From the NCBI GenBank assembly GCA_965203905.1, contig CBDBDQ010000005.1:2208001-2272000 (forward strand): DNA of 64,000 nucleotides, written 5' to 3'. Numbering within the stretch: position 1 is the stretch's first letter; every line of letters begins with the position of its first letter. Position numbers and translations under genes: made by a program. The notes beneath the pieces are model-generated. The model had not been told where the DNA came from. It ran no database searches and saw nothing but the letters and a program-made list of their open reading frames with translations. Of this stretch, positions 1 to 9,094 are shown piece after piece. The stretch comes from Spirochaetia bacterium. GTDB lineage: Bacteria; Spirochaetota; Spirochaetia; SZUA-6; Bin103.

Positions 1-1
1 C

Positions 2-1789
2 CGTGCCTCCTGCCCCGCCGCGGCCACGCCGTGTGCCAGCGAAGCCGAGCTGCTGGCCACCCTGAACCGCCGCATCCGCGAGTTGGACCCCGACGTGGTG
101 ACCGGCTGGAACATCATCGACTTCGACGTGCCGGTGCTGATCCGCCGCGCGGAGGCTGCCGGGGTACCGCTGGAGTGGGGCCGCGCCCCCGGCGCGCTGC
201 GCCAGCGCGGCAGCGGCGGGCGCCGCTTCTCCGATTCCATCTTCATCCCGGGACGGGTGGTGCTGGACGGCATTCGCCTGTTGCGCGCGGTGTTCGTGCG
301 CCTGGAGCGCTACTCCCTGGAAGTCGCGGCCCAGGAGATTCTGGGCGAGGGCAAGACCCTGGGCGGCGGCGGAGCCGGCCACCCGGAGCGGATCATGCAC
401 GCGTTCTCCCACGACTCCGAGCGCTTCGTGGAGTACAACCTGACCGACGCCCGCCTGGTGCTCGACATCCTGGAGAAGCTGGAGCTGGTGCCCTTTACCG
501 TGGAGCGCAGCAACCTCACCGGGATGCCGCCCGACCGCGTGGGCTCCTCGATCGCGGCGTTCGACTTTCTCTATCTGTCGCGCCTGCGCCCGCGGGGCGT
601 GGTGGCGCCGACGGTGGGCGCGGAACTGGACGAGGCCGCCGCCCGGTCCCCCATGCAGGGCGGCCACGTGCTGCAGTCGCGTCCCGGCCTGCACGACAAC
701 GTGCTGCTGTTCGACTTCAAGAGCCTCTATCCGAGCATCATCCGCACCTTCCAGATCGATCCGCTCGGCCTGATCCGGGAGGGTACGGCCGCCGGAGACG
801 ATGCCGGCGACGCCATCGAGGCACCCAACGGGGCGCGCTTCCGGCGCCAACGCGCCATTCTCGGCACGCTGCTGGACGACTTGTTCGCCAGCCGCGAGCA
901 GGCCAGGCAGGCCGGCAACGCGGTGGCCAGCCAGGCCATCAAGATCCTGATGAACTCCTTCTACGGCGTCATGGGGACCTCCGCCTGCCGCTTCTTCGAT
1001 CCGCGGCTGGCGAACGCCATCACCAGCTTCGGCAAGCACTTCCTGCTGTGGGCCAAGGCCTGGATCGAGGAGCGCGGATTGCAGGTGCTGTACGGCGACA
1101 CCGACAGCCTGTTCGTCGCCGGGGCCGAGGCCCCGGACGGACCGCGGCTGGCGGCGGAGCTGAACGCGGAGCTGGCCGCCTACGTCGCCGCCACCTGGCG
1201 CCTGCCGAGCTACCTGGAGATGGAGTTCGAGACCCTGTTCGAGCGCCTGTTCCTGCCTGTGGTGCGCGGCGGCGGGCGCGGCGCGACCAAGCGCTACGTC
1301 GGGCTGGCGCAGGGGGAGCTGCACTTCACCGGCATGGAGGTGGTGCGGCGCGACTGGACCGCGCTGGCCCACGAGGTGCAGCGCGAGCTGTACCGGCGGC
1401 TGTTCGCCGGCGAACCGGTGGAAGCCTACCTGCGAGAGGTGATCGGCGAGGTGAGCGCGGGCCGCCGCGACGCCCATCTCGTGTACCACAAGACCTTGCG
1501 CAAGGACGCGCGCGAGTACCGGGCGCTGCCGCCCCACGTGGTCGCGGCCCGCAAACGCGACGCGGCAAGCCCTGCCGACGGGGAGCCCGCGACCTCCGCG
1601 CAACGGGACGTGATCGACTACGTGATCACCGTGGAGGGACCGGAACCGGCCGCCGGCCGCACCCAGCCCTTCGACTACGAGCACTACATCGAACGCCAGA
1701 TCCGCCCCGTCGCGGAACCGGTGCTCGCCGCCTTGAGCCGAGACTTCGGCGAGGTGCGCCGCAACGAACGCCAGCTCGAGCTGTTCTGA
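2..1789 (+). CDS. polB: DNA polymerase II (family B), 5'-partial at window edge
   Basis: The frame is open from base 2. It has family-B motifs DFKSLYPS, KILMNSFYG and YGDTDS, exonuclease-domain motifs GWNIIDFD and YNLTD, and a C-terminal clamp-binding motif QLELF. Confidence 0.95.
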   Translation, partial: RASCPAAATPCASEAELLATLNRRIRELDPDVVTGWNIIDFDVPVLIRRAEAAGVPLEWGRAPGALRQRGSGGRRFSDSIFIPGRVVLDGIRLLRAVFVRLERYSLEVAAQEILGEGKTLGGGGAGHPERIMHAFSHDSERFVEYNLTDARLVLDILEKLELVPFTVERSNLTGMPPDRVGSSIAAFDFLYLSRLRPRGVVAPTVGAELDEAAARSPMQGGHVLQSRPGLHDNVLLFDFKSLYPSIIRTFQIDPLGLIREGTAAGDDAGDAIEAPNGARFRRQRAILGTLLDDLFASREQARQAGNAVASQAIKILMNSFYGVMGTSACRFFDPRLANAITSFGKHFLLWAKAWIEERGLQVLYGDTDSLFVAGAEAPDGPRLAAELNAELAAYVAATWRLPSYLEMEFETLFERLFLPVVRGGGRGATKRYVGLAQGELHFTGMEVVRRDWTALAHEVQRELYRRLFAGEPVEAYLREVIGEVSAGRRDAHLVYHKTLRKDAREYRALPPHVVAARKRDAASPADGEPATSAQRDVIDYVITVEGPEPAAGRTQPFDYEHYIERQIRPVAEPVLAALSRDFGEVRRNERQLELF

Positions 1790-1809
1790 CGACCTCCGAG
1801 TGGTGGCCG

Positions 1810-2214
1810 TCAATCATCGGCAAACGGTTTGATCACCTGCAGACCGTCGTAGTCCTGCTCGGCGCTCAGGTCTTCAGAATAGACGGCGTCGCAGCCGCAG
1901 GTGCGCGCAGCCGCCAGAACGGCGCTGTCCCAGTAGGAAAGGCGGAACCGCTCCCGGATGGCGAAGGCCGTACGCAACACCCCCAGCGTGATTGCCTGCA
2001 CGCGAAAGCGCTGCAGCGCCTCGATGAAGCTGGTCGCTTCGTGGTGTGACAGCGCGCCGGGGCGCGACTCGCGGGTCGCCTGTACGTAGAACTCCTGCAG
2101 AACCTGCACCGACAATGCGAGATCCCTCGCCGCCAGAAGGTCCAGCGCCACGCGCCGCTTCCCTGCGTCCTCGTGAGCCGTCGCTTCTGGGACGACTTCG
2201 AGAGCCTGCTCCCC
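1810..2214 (-). pseudogene. PIN-domain (VapC-like) toxin, 5'-truncated
   Basis: Motifs QVLQEFY, LSYWDSAVLAAA and YSEDL are present. The frame extends upstream as ..EDAGKRRVALDLL and then meets tandem TGA stops without the N-terminal DTN catalytic strand. No antitoxin gene is visible. Confidence 0.8.
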
Positions 2215-2314
2215 TCATCACCCCCTCAAGCCACCGACCAACTCCACGCGGAGGCCGCCTGACCGCTACCACACTACGCGAATGCACCCTGGGATAGCTG
2301 GGATAGGATGTCGC

Positions 2315-2344
2315 TTGCGTATGGCCAACGGATGGGTGTAGGTT
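2315..2344 (+). promoter_or_regulatory. sigma70-like promoter for NYN leader (TTGCGT-N18-TAGGTT)
   Basis: -35 at 2315-2320 and -10 at 2339-2344, giving a predicted start near 2351. A CTGGGATAG x2 tandem lies just upstream at 2289-2306. Confidence 0.5.
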
Positions 2345-2350
2345 AAGGTC

Positions 2351-2414
2351 AATTACCCGCCGGCAGCATGCTGTCGGCTCAAGGGCTGCTCCCCGGAGCG
2401 GCCCTTGCTTTTTT
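2351..2414 (+). ncRNA. putative structured leader / small RNA upstream of NYN gene
   Basis: Hairpin GCCGGCAG-catg-CTGTCGGC (2359-2378), then the terminator hairpin 2380-2407 and T6. RNA status is inferred. Confidence 0.5.
2380..2414 (+). terminator. intrinsic terminator located 12 nt upstream of the NYN ATG
   Basis: 12-bp stem CAAGGGCTGCTC-cccg-GAGCGGCCCTTG (one G-U pair) followed by CTTTTTT. Confidence 0.75.
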
Positions 2415-2426
2415 CCGGGGGCGGAA

Positions 2427-3200
2427 ATGAGAACCAGGGTCTATGTCGACGGGTTCAACCTGTACTACGGAGCGCTGAAGGGAACGCCCTTCAGGTGGCT
2501 CGATCCGGTCCGGTTGACCTCCCTCCTCCTGCCCCGTGAGTGCGTTGTCGACCGGCTTCGGTACTTTACCGCGCGGGTCTCTGGCAAGGTGGACCCCCGG
2601 GCGCCCGCGCGCCAGCGCATCTACATGAAGGCGCTCGCGACATTGCCCGAAGTCGAGATCCACTACGGCCGTTTCCTCGCCAAGACGGCCTGGCGTCCGC
2701 TCGCCAACCTGCCGGTGGCGGGCAGGCGGATTGACACGCCTGAGGCCGTCACGCTGCCGGAGGGCAACCATCGCGTGGTCGGCGAACGCCCCCGGACCCT
2801 TCCGGTCGGCGCCTATCCGGACCGACGTCGGCGCTGCGAAGCCGTCCCGCGCGCAGCCCGCATTCCGGTTCCCGACGCCCTGATCGCTGAGTTCCATACG
2901 ATGGAGGAGAAGGGTTCGGACGTGAATCTCGCCGCCCATCTGCTGAACGATGCCTGGAAGAATCTCTTCGAGGCGGCAGTGGTGATCTCGAACGACACGG
3001 ACCTGGTGGTGCCGATCCGCATGGTCACCGCAGAACGCAACCGTCCGGTCTTCGTCGTGTGTCCGGGTCGGTGGCAGATGGCGCCTCAGTTGCGGAGTGC
3101 GGCAAGCCATGTCCGGCATATCCACCGCGCGGCATTGAGGGCGGCGCAGTTCCCGAACACCTTGCCGGGCACCGGGATCTCGAAACCGGACGGTTGGTGA
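2427..3200 (+). CDS. NYN domain (LabA/DUF88, PIN-fold) putative RNase
   Basis: VYVDGFNLYYG, RYFTA, EEKGSDVNLA and ISNDTDL; all the acidic PIN/NYN residues are present. There is a long insert between YGRF and EEKGSD. Confidence 0.92.
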   Translation: MRTRVYVDGFNLYYGALKGTPFRWLDPVRLTSLLLPRECVVDRLRYFTARVSGKVDPRAPARQRIYMKALATLPEVEIHYGRFLAKTAWRPLANLPVAGRRIDTPEAVTLPEGNHRVVGERPRTLPVGAYPDRRRRCEAVPRAARIPVPDALIAEFHTMEEKGSDVNLAAHLLNDAWKNLFEAAVVISNDTDLVVPIRMVTAERNRPVFVVCPGRWQMAPQLRSAASHVRHIHRAALRAAQFPNTLPGTGISKPDGW

Positions 3201-3270
3201 CTGGCTTATTTCATGCGATTGCGTGGGCGTCCTGAAGTGAATTGGCGGAGGTTGCGGGCAGGGTAAGGAC

Positions 3271-3726
3271 ATGGCCGAAGGCATCCATTGGAAGTCCATA
3301 TCACGTTTCGAGTCGCATGACTTCGTTGCCAAGTGGTTTCACAAGGCACATGGGAGAAACGCGAGTGCGTCAAAGGTCGCGCAGATAAACGCCTGCTTCG
3401 CCCACGTGCGGGAGTCCTTCCGGAACGCAGAACGCTCGGAAATGAGCGTCAGACCGTTGCTCCTCTACTATGGGGTGCTGTCCTGCTGCCGCGGCGTAAT
3501 TCTGGCGAACAACCCAGACAAGAAGGAGGAGTCGCTCAAACCGCGGCACGGGCTCGAAGCGGTCGACTGGCAAAGCACGCTCAGCGGCGGGATCAAAAGC
3601 GTTCTGGAACTGGAGATCCGGGCAACCGACGGGACGTTCAGGGAACTGGTGGATGTCTGCTGGCACCTGAAGGCTGCGCGCAGTCCGCCTCCGCGGGCAT
3701 GTATGGCCGCCAGGGTCTCGCCCTGA
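3271..3726 (+). pseudogene. YaaC-like protein, C-terminally truncated
   Basis: PLLLYYG and ..HGL motifs are typical of the YaaC family. The ORF is only 151 aa and degenerates after ..VDVCWHLK. Confidence 0.6.
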
Positions 3727-3744
3727 AGTCGGCGTACACAGTCT

Positions 3745-3810
3745 CCCTGTGCCACAGGGTATGTGGCTTTCGGACTTGATGCAACGCGAAAGCTCTCCTG
3801 ACCAGGAGAG
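3745..3810. terminator. pair of hairpins between convergent genes
   Basis: CCCTGT-gcc-ACAGGG (3745-3759) and CTCTCCT-gacc-AGGAGAG (3793-3810); no U-tract. Confidence 0.3.
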
Positions 3811-3831
3811 GGGCGGTGTCAGGTCAGCGCG

Positions 3832-4827
3832 TCACCGTTGCTGCAGGGCGACGGTGCGCTGGCTGCGGGCGGCCTCCTGCGCGGCCTCCATCACCCGCAA
3901 CGTGAGGACGGCGTCACGGGCGTCGAGCAGGGGAGTGGCGCCGTCCAGGAGGCAGTCGTGGAAGTGCTCGAGCGCCGGGGTGAACGCGCGCACGCCGTTG
4001 TGCAGTTCGACGCGCGCGGTGGCGGCGGGCGTGGTGAGGGTGTAGGCGCTCTCCTCGTAGGGGTGGGTCGGCTGCTCGATGAGCAGCGAGCCGCCGCTGC
4101 CGATGAGCTGCGCTCCCGGAGAGGTCAGGCCGTCGAAGCCGCCGTACAGGGTCGCCACCACGCCGCCGGGGAACGTCAGCAGCAGCCCCAGGTGGCGGTC
4201 CACGCCATGTTCGGGATCGAGGTGCCAGGTGGCGCTGACGTGAGTCGGCTCGCTGCCGGCCGCCCAGCGCGCCACGGTGATCAGGTAGCAGCCCACGTCC
4301 ATCAGCACGCCGCCGGCCAGCTCCGGTTGCCAGCGGATGTTGTCGCCGCGTGGAAGGTTGGAGCTCATGCGCATGTGCACGTGGCGCAGGTCGCCGATCG
4401 CCCCGCCGTCCAGCAGGCCGCGCAGGCGCCGGGTCTGGGGGTGGTAGCGGAACACCATCGCTTCCCACAGCAGCACGCCGTGGTCGCGGGCGGCGTCCAC
4501 CATGCGCTGCGCCGCCGCCGCGGTGGTGGCCAGCGGCTTCTCGCAGAAGACGTGCTTGCCGCACTCAGCCGCGCGCAGCGCCCACTCCTCGTGCATGGTG
4601 TTGGGCAGCGGCAGGTACACGGCGTCCACCAGGTCGCTGGCGAGCAGGGCGCCGTAGCTGTCGAACACCTCGGGGATGCCGAGGTCGCCGGCAAACGCCG
4701 CGGTACGGCCGGCGTCGCGCCCGGCCACCGCCACGAGCTCGCCGCGCCGGGTGGCGCGCAACGCCGGGATGAACACGTAGCGCCCGATCTGGGCGGTGCT
4801 GACAATGCCCCATCGAATCCTGGTCAT
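3832..4827 (-). CDS. Gfo/Idh/MocA family oxidoreductase
   Basis: IRWGIVSTAQIG, HVFCEKPLA and GGVLMDVGCY; AGGAG upstream of the ATG at 4827. Confidence 0.92.
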   Translation of the reverse strand: MTRIRWGIVSTAQIGRYVFIPALRATRRGELVAVAGRDAGRTAAFAGDLGIPEVFDSYGALLASDLVDAVYLPLPNTMHEEWALRAAECGKHVFCEKPLATTAAAAQRMVDAARDHGVLLWEAMVFRYHPQTRRLRGLLDGGAIGDLRHVHMRMSSNLPRGDNIRWQPELAGGVLMDVGCYLITVARWAAGSEPTHVSATWHLDPEHGVDRHLGLLLTFPGGVVATLYGGFDGLTSPGAQLIGSGGSLLIEQPTHPYEESAYTLTTPAATARVELHNGVRAFTPALEHFHDCLLDGATPLLDARDAVLTLRVMEAAQEAARSQRTVALQQR

Positions 4828-4886
4828 GATGTCGGTTCCACTCCTCGTGCTGGCCACGCGTCTCGCGCTACAATAATCCCCACGCC

Positions 4887-5705
4887 ATGAGAATCGTACG
4901 CTACGCCAAGGGTGAGACGGTCGGCTACGGCTGTCAACGTGAGGATGGAACCATCGTCGCCATCAACGGCGACCCGCTTGCCGGCATGCCCGGAGGCACG
5001 CCCTACTCGGTGACGCGCCGGGTGATCAGTGACGCGCAGGTGCTGGCCCCGGTGGTGCCGGGCAGCGTGCTGTGCATCGGCCTCAACTACCGCCGCCACG
5101 CCGCCGAGTCCGGGGTGGCGGTGCCCGACCACCCGGTGCTGTTCATGAAGATGCCGTCGTCGGTGCAGCGCCCGGGCGGCCCCATCGTGCTGCCGCGCTC
5201 CCTGCGCAGCGACGAGGTGGACTACGAGTGCGAGCTGGCGGTGGTGATCGGACGTCGCTGCCGCAACGTTTCCCGCGAGCAGGCCCTCGACTACGTGCTC
5301 GGCTACACCTGCGGCAACGACGTCAGCGCCCGCGACTGGCAGATGCAGTGGGGCGGCGGGCAATGGTGCCGCGGCAAGACCTTCGACACCTTCTGCCCGC
5401 TGGGACCGGCGCTGGTGACCGCGGACGAGATCCCCGACCCCAACGCCCTGCGCATCAAGACCGTGGTCAACGGCGAGACCCTGCAGGACTGGAGCACCAA
5501 CGACATGATCTTCGACGTGCCCGAGCTGATCGCCTTCCTCAGCGGCAGCAGCACCCTGGAGCCGGGCACCGTGATCATGACCGGCACGCCGCACGGGGTG
5601 GGCGCCGCGCGCACGCCGCCGCGCTTCCTGCAGCCGGGCGACACGGTCACGGTGGAGATCGAGAAGATCGGCGCCCTCACCAACCCGGTGGTAGCGGAGG
5701 AGTGA
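4887..5705 (+). CDS. fumarylacetoacetate hydrolase family protein
   Basis: CIGLNY, DYECEL, NDVSARDWQ, GKTFDTFCPLGP and TGTPHGVG. Confidence 0.95.
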   Translation: MRIVRYAKGETVGYGCQREDGTIVAINGDPLAGMPGGTPYSVTRRVISDAQVLAPVVPGSVLCIGLNYRRHAAESGVAVPDHPVLFMKMPSSVQRPGGPIVLPRSLRSDEVDYECELAVVIGRRCRNVSREQALDYVLGYTCGNDVSARDWQMQWGGGQWCRGKTFDTFCPLGPALVTADEIPDPNALRIKTVVNGETLQDWSTNDMIFDVPELIAFLSGSSTLEPGTVIMTGTPHGVGAARTPPRFLQPGDTVTVEIEKIGALTNPVVAEE

Positions 5706-6622
5706 GCCAGATCCGCTACTCGACGATCGCGAAGTCGGGGCCGACGAACCCGCGCAACGATACCGCGAGCGTGGTCGAGCTGAACAACGGCGAGCTGCTG
5801 GTGCTGTGGCACAAGTACGAGGCGACGGCGGACGCGGGACACGACCTCATCTACTTCTTGCGAGCGGTTTCGAGCGCCTCATGAAGCCTGCTGCCGGATC
5901 CACGGCAAGACCTCCGCCGACCAGGGGCTGACCTGGGGTGGCGAGCGCATGATCGTCGACATCGCGCCGGGCGACCTGAACGTCCAGGCGCCGGCGCTCG
6001 CGCGACTGCCCACGGGCGAGTTGCTCATGATCTGCCTGCGCGCCCACTCGGAGAGCAGCACGACCATGTGCGCGTACCTGTCGGAGGATGAAGGGCGCAC
6101 CTTCACGCCGATCGGCACCGTGTGGGAGCGCTCGCCGGGCCAGTGGCTGCAGGGTGGCGCGGTCGCCATCGTCGTGCTCTCGTGCGGCCGGCTGCTGGTG
6201 CCCTGCCACGGCGGCACGGGCGGCCAGTTCAGCCAGCACAACGGCGGCTGGTGCTGGCTCAGCGAGGACCACGGCAGGAGCTGGGTGCGCTCGCGGGGCA
6301 CCGTGGACCTGCCGCTGCGCGGCGCCATGGAGCCGTCCCTGGCGGAGGTCGCCAGCGGCCGGATCTTCATGTCGCTCCGAACCCAGTTGGGGGCGGTGTT
6401 CCTGGCGAGCTCCGAGGACGGCGGCGACACCTGGTCCCTGCCGCAACGACCGGCCTGAAGGCCGCCGAGTCGGGCACCAGCGACGGCAACGCGGTGGTGA
6501 CCTACCTGCAGGTCGAGGACCGGGACTGGAAACGCTTCATCAGAACCGGCATCGATCTCCAGGCCGCCATCGTTCCGGTGTCGAGGATTCTGCAGGCCGG
6601 GTCGGCCCCGGCCGAAGCCTGA
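5702..6622 (+). pseudogene. sialidase/BNR-repeat glycosidase, disrupted
   Basis: The GTG start overlaps the upstream stop. Asp-boxes SADQGLTW, SEDEGRTF, SEDHGRSW and SEDGGDTW are present. It is split over three frames by a roughly 37-nt insert at 5849-5885 and a frameshift near 6445, with an apparent internal deletion before the C-terminus. Confidence 0.8.
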
Positions 6623-6649
6623 GAGGAGAAACGGAGTTCGCGAGCCCCC

Positions 6650-7606
6650 TCAAGGAGCGCGGCCGGCCGCTGCTTCGAGCAGCCGCACCAGGGCCGGCTT
6701 GCGGCGCCGGCGAGCGTAATCGAGCGCGGTCTCGCCGCCGGGCTGGGTGGGGCTCCGGCGGGTGCGCAAGGTGGCGTCGGGGCGGTAGCCGAGGATCAGC
6801 CTGACCCAGGCCACGGTGCCCGCGACCACCGCCTCGTGCAGCGCCGTCTTGCCGGTGCTGTCCTGCCTGCTCGGATCGGCGCCGTGGTCCAGCAGCAGCC
6901 GCGCCATCTCCGGGTAGCGGTTGGCGATGGCGCGGTGCCGCGCGGTCCCGCCGAGGTGCCCCGCCGGACAGTCGGGGGAGGCGCCGCGTTCCAGCAGCAG
7001 CGCGGCCGCGGCCAGGGCGTTGCCCTCCACGGCGTCGGCCAGGGGTGGGTGGCCGTGCCGGTTCACGGCCGCGAGGTCCGCACCCCGCGCCAGCAGCAGG
7101 CGCAGCGCATCCGGCTGGTTGCCGCGCGCGGCGGCGTGCAACGGGGTGGCGCCGCGCCGGTCGCGTTCGCCCACCGCGGAGGCGCGCGCATCGAGCATGC
7201 GCCGGAGTTGTTCCAGCGCACCCAGTCCCGCAGCGTCCACCGCGCGCATGCGGCAGCCGCGGCGCACCAGCAGCTCCGCGATCGCCAGCGCCCCCGCCGC
7301 CGGCGCCGCGTCCAGCAGCGTGGAGCCGCCGTGATTCACCTGCAGCGGGTCGGCGCCGAGCTCCAGCAGCAGTGCCACGATCGCGGGGCGCCGCGCCGCG
7401 ATCGCCTCCCGGATCGGCGTGCCGCCGTGCGCGTTGCGGGCATCGACCAGGGCGGGATGTCGCGCCAGCAGCGCCGCTACCTGCCCCGGCGTGCCGCGGC
7501 GTACGGCCTGCAGGAGCTGGCCGCGGGCCTCGCGCCGGCTCACCCGGGCAGGCGGGTCATTGGGAGATGTGTGGGCATCCGATGCCGTAACCGGGGAGCG
7601 TGCCAC
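6650..7606 (-). CDS. ankyrin repeat protein
   Basis: Repeated G.TPLH.AA / G.TALH.AV / LL..GAD units. The start is uncertain. Confidence 0.9.
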   Translation of the reverse strand: MARSPVTASDAHTSPNDPPARVSRREARGQLLQAVRRGTPGQVAALLARHPALVDARNAHGGTPIREAIAARRPAIVALLLELGADPLQVNHGGSTLLDAAPAAGALAIAELLVRRGCRMRAVDAAGLGALEQLRRMLDARASAVGERDRRGATPLHAAARGNQPDALRLLLARGADLAAVNRHGHPPLADAVEGNALAAAALLLERGASPDCPAGHLGGTARHRAIANRYPEMARLLLDHGADPSRQDSTGKTALHEAVVAGTVAWVRLILGYRPDATLRTRRSPTQPGGETALDYARRRRKPALVRLLEAAAGRAP

Positions 7607-7610
7607 CGGT

Positions 7611-9008
7611 TCAGGTGTTGAACATCTCCTCCACGCGGGAGATCGACTCGGTCTTGGCCACCATGGTGAGCTTGTCGCCGTCGTGCAGGACGAAGTCGCC
7701 CCGTGGCACCACGTGGGAACCGTTGCGCGTCACCGCCACCACCAGCGAGTTGTCCGGCATCCTGATGTCGCGCAGCTCGCGCCCGACGAAGCCGCGGGAG
7801 CCGTCCAGCGTCGACTCGATCACCTCGGCCATGCCGCCGAAGATGCTGTGCACGCTCTTCACGCGGCCGCGGCGGATGAACTTGAGGATGCTGTTCACCA
7901 CGCTGTACTTGGGACTGATGATGACGTCGGCGCCGAGGCGCGAGGCCACCGTGAGGTAGTTGAACTTGTTGACCAGGGCGATCGAGCGCTTGATGCCCAG
8001 GGTCTTGGCATAGATCGCCACCAGGATATTGAGCTCCGGGTTGTTGGTGGTGGTGATGATCAGGTCGTACCCGGCCAGCGCCTCCTCCTCGAAGAACCCC
8101 TCCTCGGAGACGTCGCTGTTGATCACCACCGCATCGGGAAACTGCTCGGCCAGCCGTTTGCAGTTCTCGTAGTCGCTGTCCACGATCTTGAGCTTCTTGT
8201 GGTCGCGCCGCAGGTAGTCGAGCAGGCGGTGCGCGCGCCGCCCGTTGGGCTTCTCCACCAGCGCTTCGGCAACGAAGCTCCCGACCCGGCCGCCGCCCAC
8301 CAGCAGCACGCTCCTGATGGTCACCCGCGGCCGTCCAGCGATCACGAACACCTCGTCCAGCGTGTTCTCGGCGGCTATCAGGTATAGCTCGTCGCCGGTC
8401 TCCACGCGCGCGTCCCCGCGCGGCACGAAGAACTCCTCGCCGCGCGAGATCCCCGCCACCATGAACTCGGTGTCCAGCGCCTGCTTGATGGCGGCGATGC
8501 TCTGGCGTGCGAACAGGGTGCGGTCGTCCACCAGGAAGTTGCGCATCTGCAGGTCGGTGTTCTCGAAGGTCATGACGTCGCTGGTGGCGCCCTGCTCCAC
8601 CGACTTGATGATGGCCCGCGCCGCCTCGATCTCGGGATTGACGAAGTAGTCCACCTCCAGGAAGGAGTGCTCCGGCAGGTGGGAGTTGGCGTACTCCGGG
8701 TTGCGCACCCGCGCGATCTTGCACGGCACCCCGAACTCGCTCGCCACCAGGCCGCAGGAGACGATGTTGAGCTCGTCGCTGTCGGTGACGCTGATGAAGA
8801 AGTCGGCGCCGTCGATGCCCGCCTCGCGCAGCGCCGGCAGGCGGTTGCCGGAGTCGTTGATCACCATGCAGTCGAGGTGGTTCACGGCGTACTTGGCCGT
8901 CTCCGGATCACGCTCGATGAGGACCACGTCCTTGTTGTCGGCCACCAGGTGGCGGGCCACCTGGAAGCCGGTGGTGCCGGCGCCGGCGATGACTACCTTC
9001 TCAGCCAT
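7611..9008 (-). CDS. trkA: Trk system potassium uptake protein TrkA
   Basis: Two RCK_N domains (IAGAGTTG, VGGGRVG) with RCK_C domains, KIARVRN, 465 aa. Confidence 0.93.
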   Translation of the reverse strand: MAEKVVIAGAGTTGFQVARHLVADNKDVVLIERDPETAKYAVNHLDCMVINDSGNRLPALREAGIDGADFFISVTDSDELNIVSCGLVASEFGVPCKIARVRNPEYANSHLPEHSFLEVDYFVNPEIEAARAIIKSVEQGATSDVMTFENTDLQMRNFLVDDRTLFARQSIAAIKQALDTEFMVAGISRGEEFFVPRGDARVETGDELYLIAAENTLDEVFVIAGRPRVTIRSVLLVGGGRVGSFVAEALVEKPNGRRAHRLLDYLRRDHKKLKIVDSDYENCKRLAEQFPDAVVINSDVSEEGFFEEEALAGYDLIITTTNNPELNILVAIYAKTLGIKRSIALVNKFNYLTVASRLGADVIISPKYSVVNSILKFIRRGRVKSVHSIFGGMAEVIESTLDGSRGFVGRELRDIRMPDNSLVVAVTRNGSHVVPRGDFVLHDGDKLTMVAKTESISRVEEMFNT

Positions 9009-9094
9009 CGGCGTTCAATATGGACGCTGCGCAGGATGCTGGCAACTCACCCGCCACTGGCATTTTTCACCGCTCCGTGATGGAATCGGCAGCC

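Noticed and set aside
31-2049. 672-aa alternative-frame ORF over polB, and similar long ORFs (e.g. 29029-31458, 39605-41794, 50258-53524, 56610-58688)
   Set aside because: These are Arg/Gly/Pro-rich or antisense shadows of well-supported genes, which is expected at high GC.
2379-3332. 317-aa ORF antisense to NYN-1 as a possible antitoxin
   Set aside because: It has no recognisable motif and is explained as a shadow of the NYN frame.
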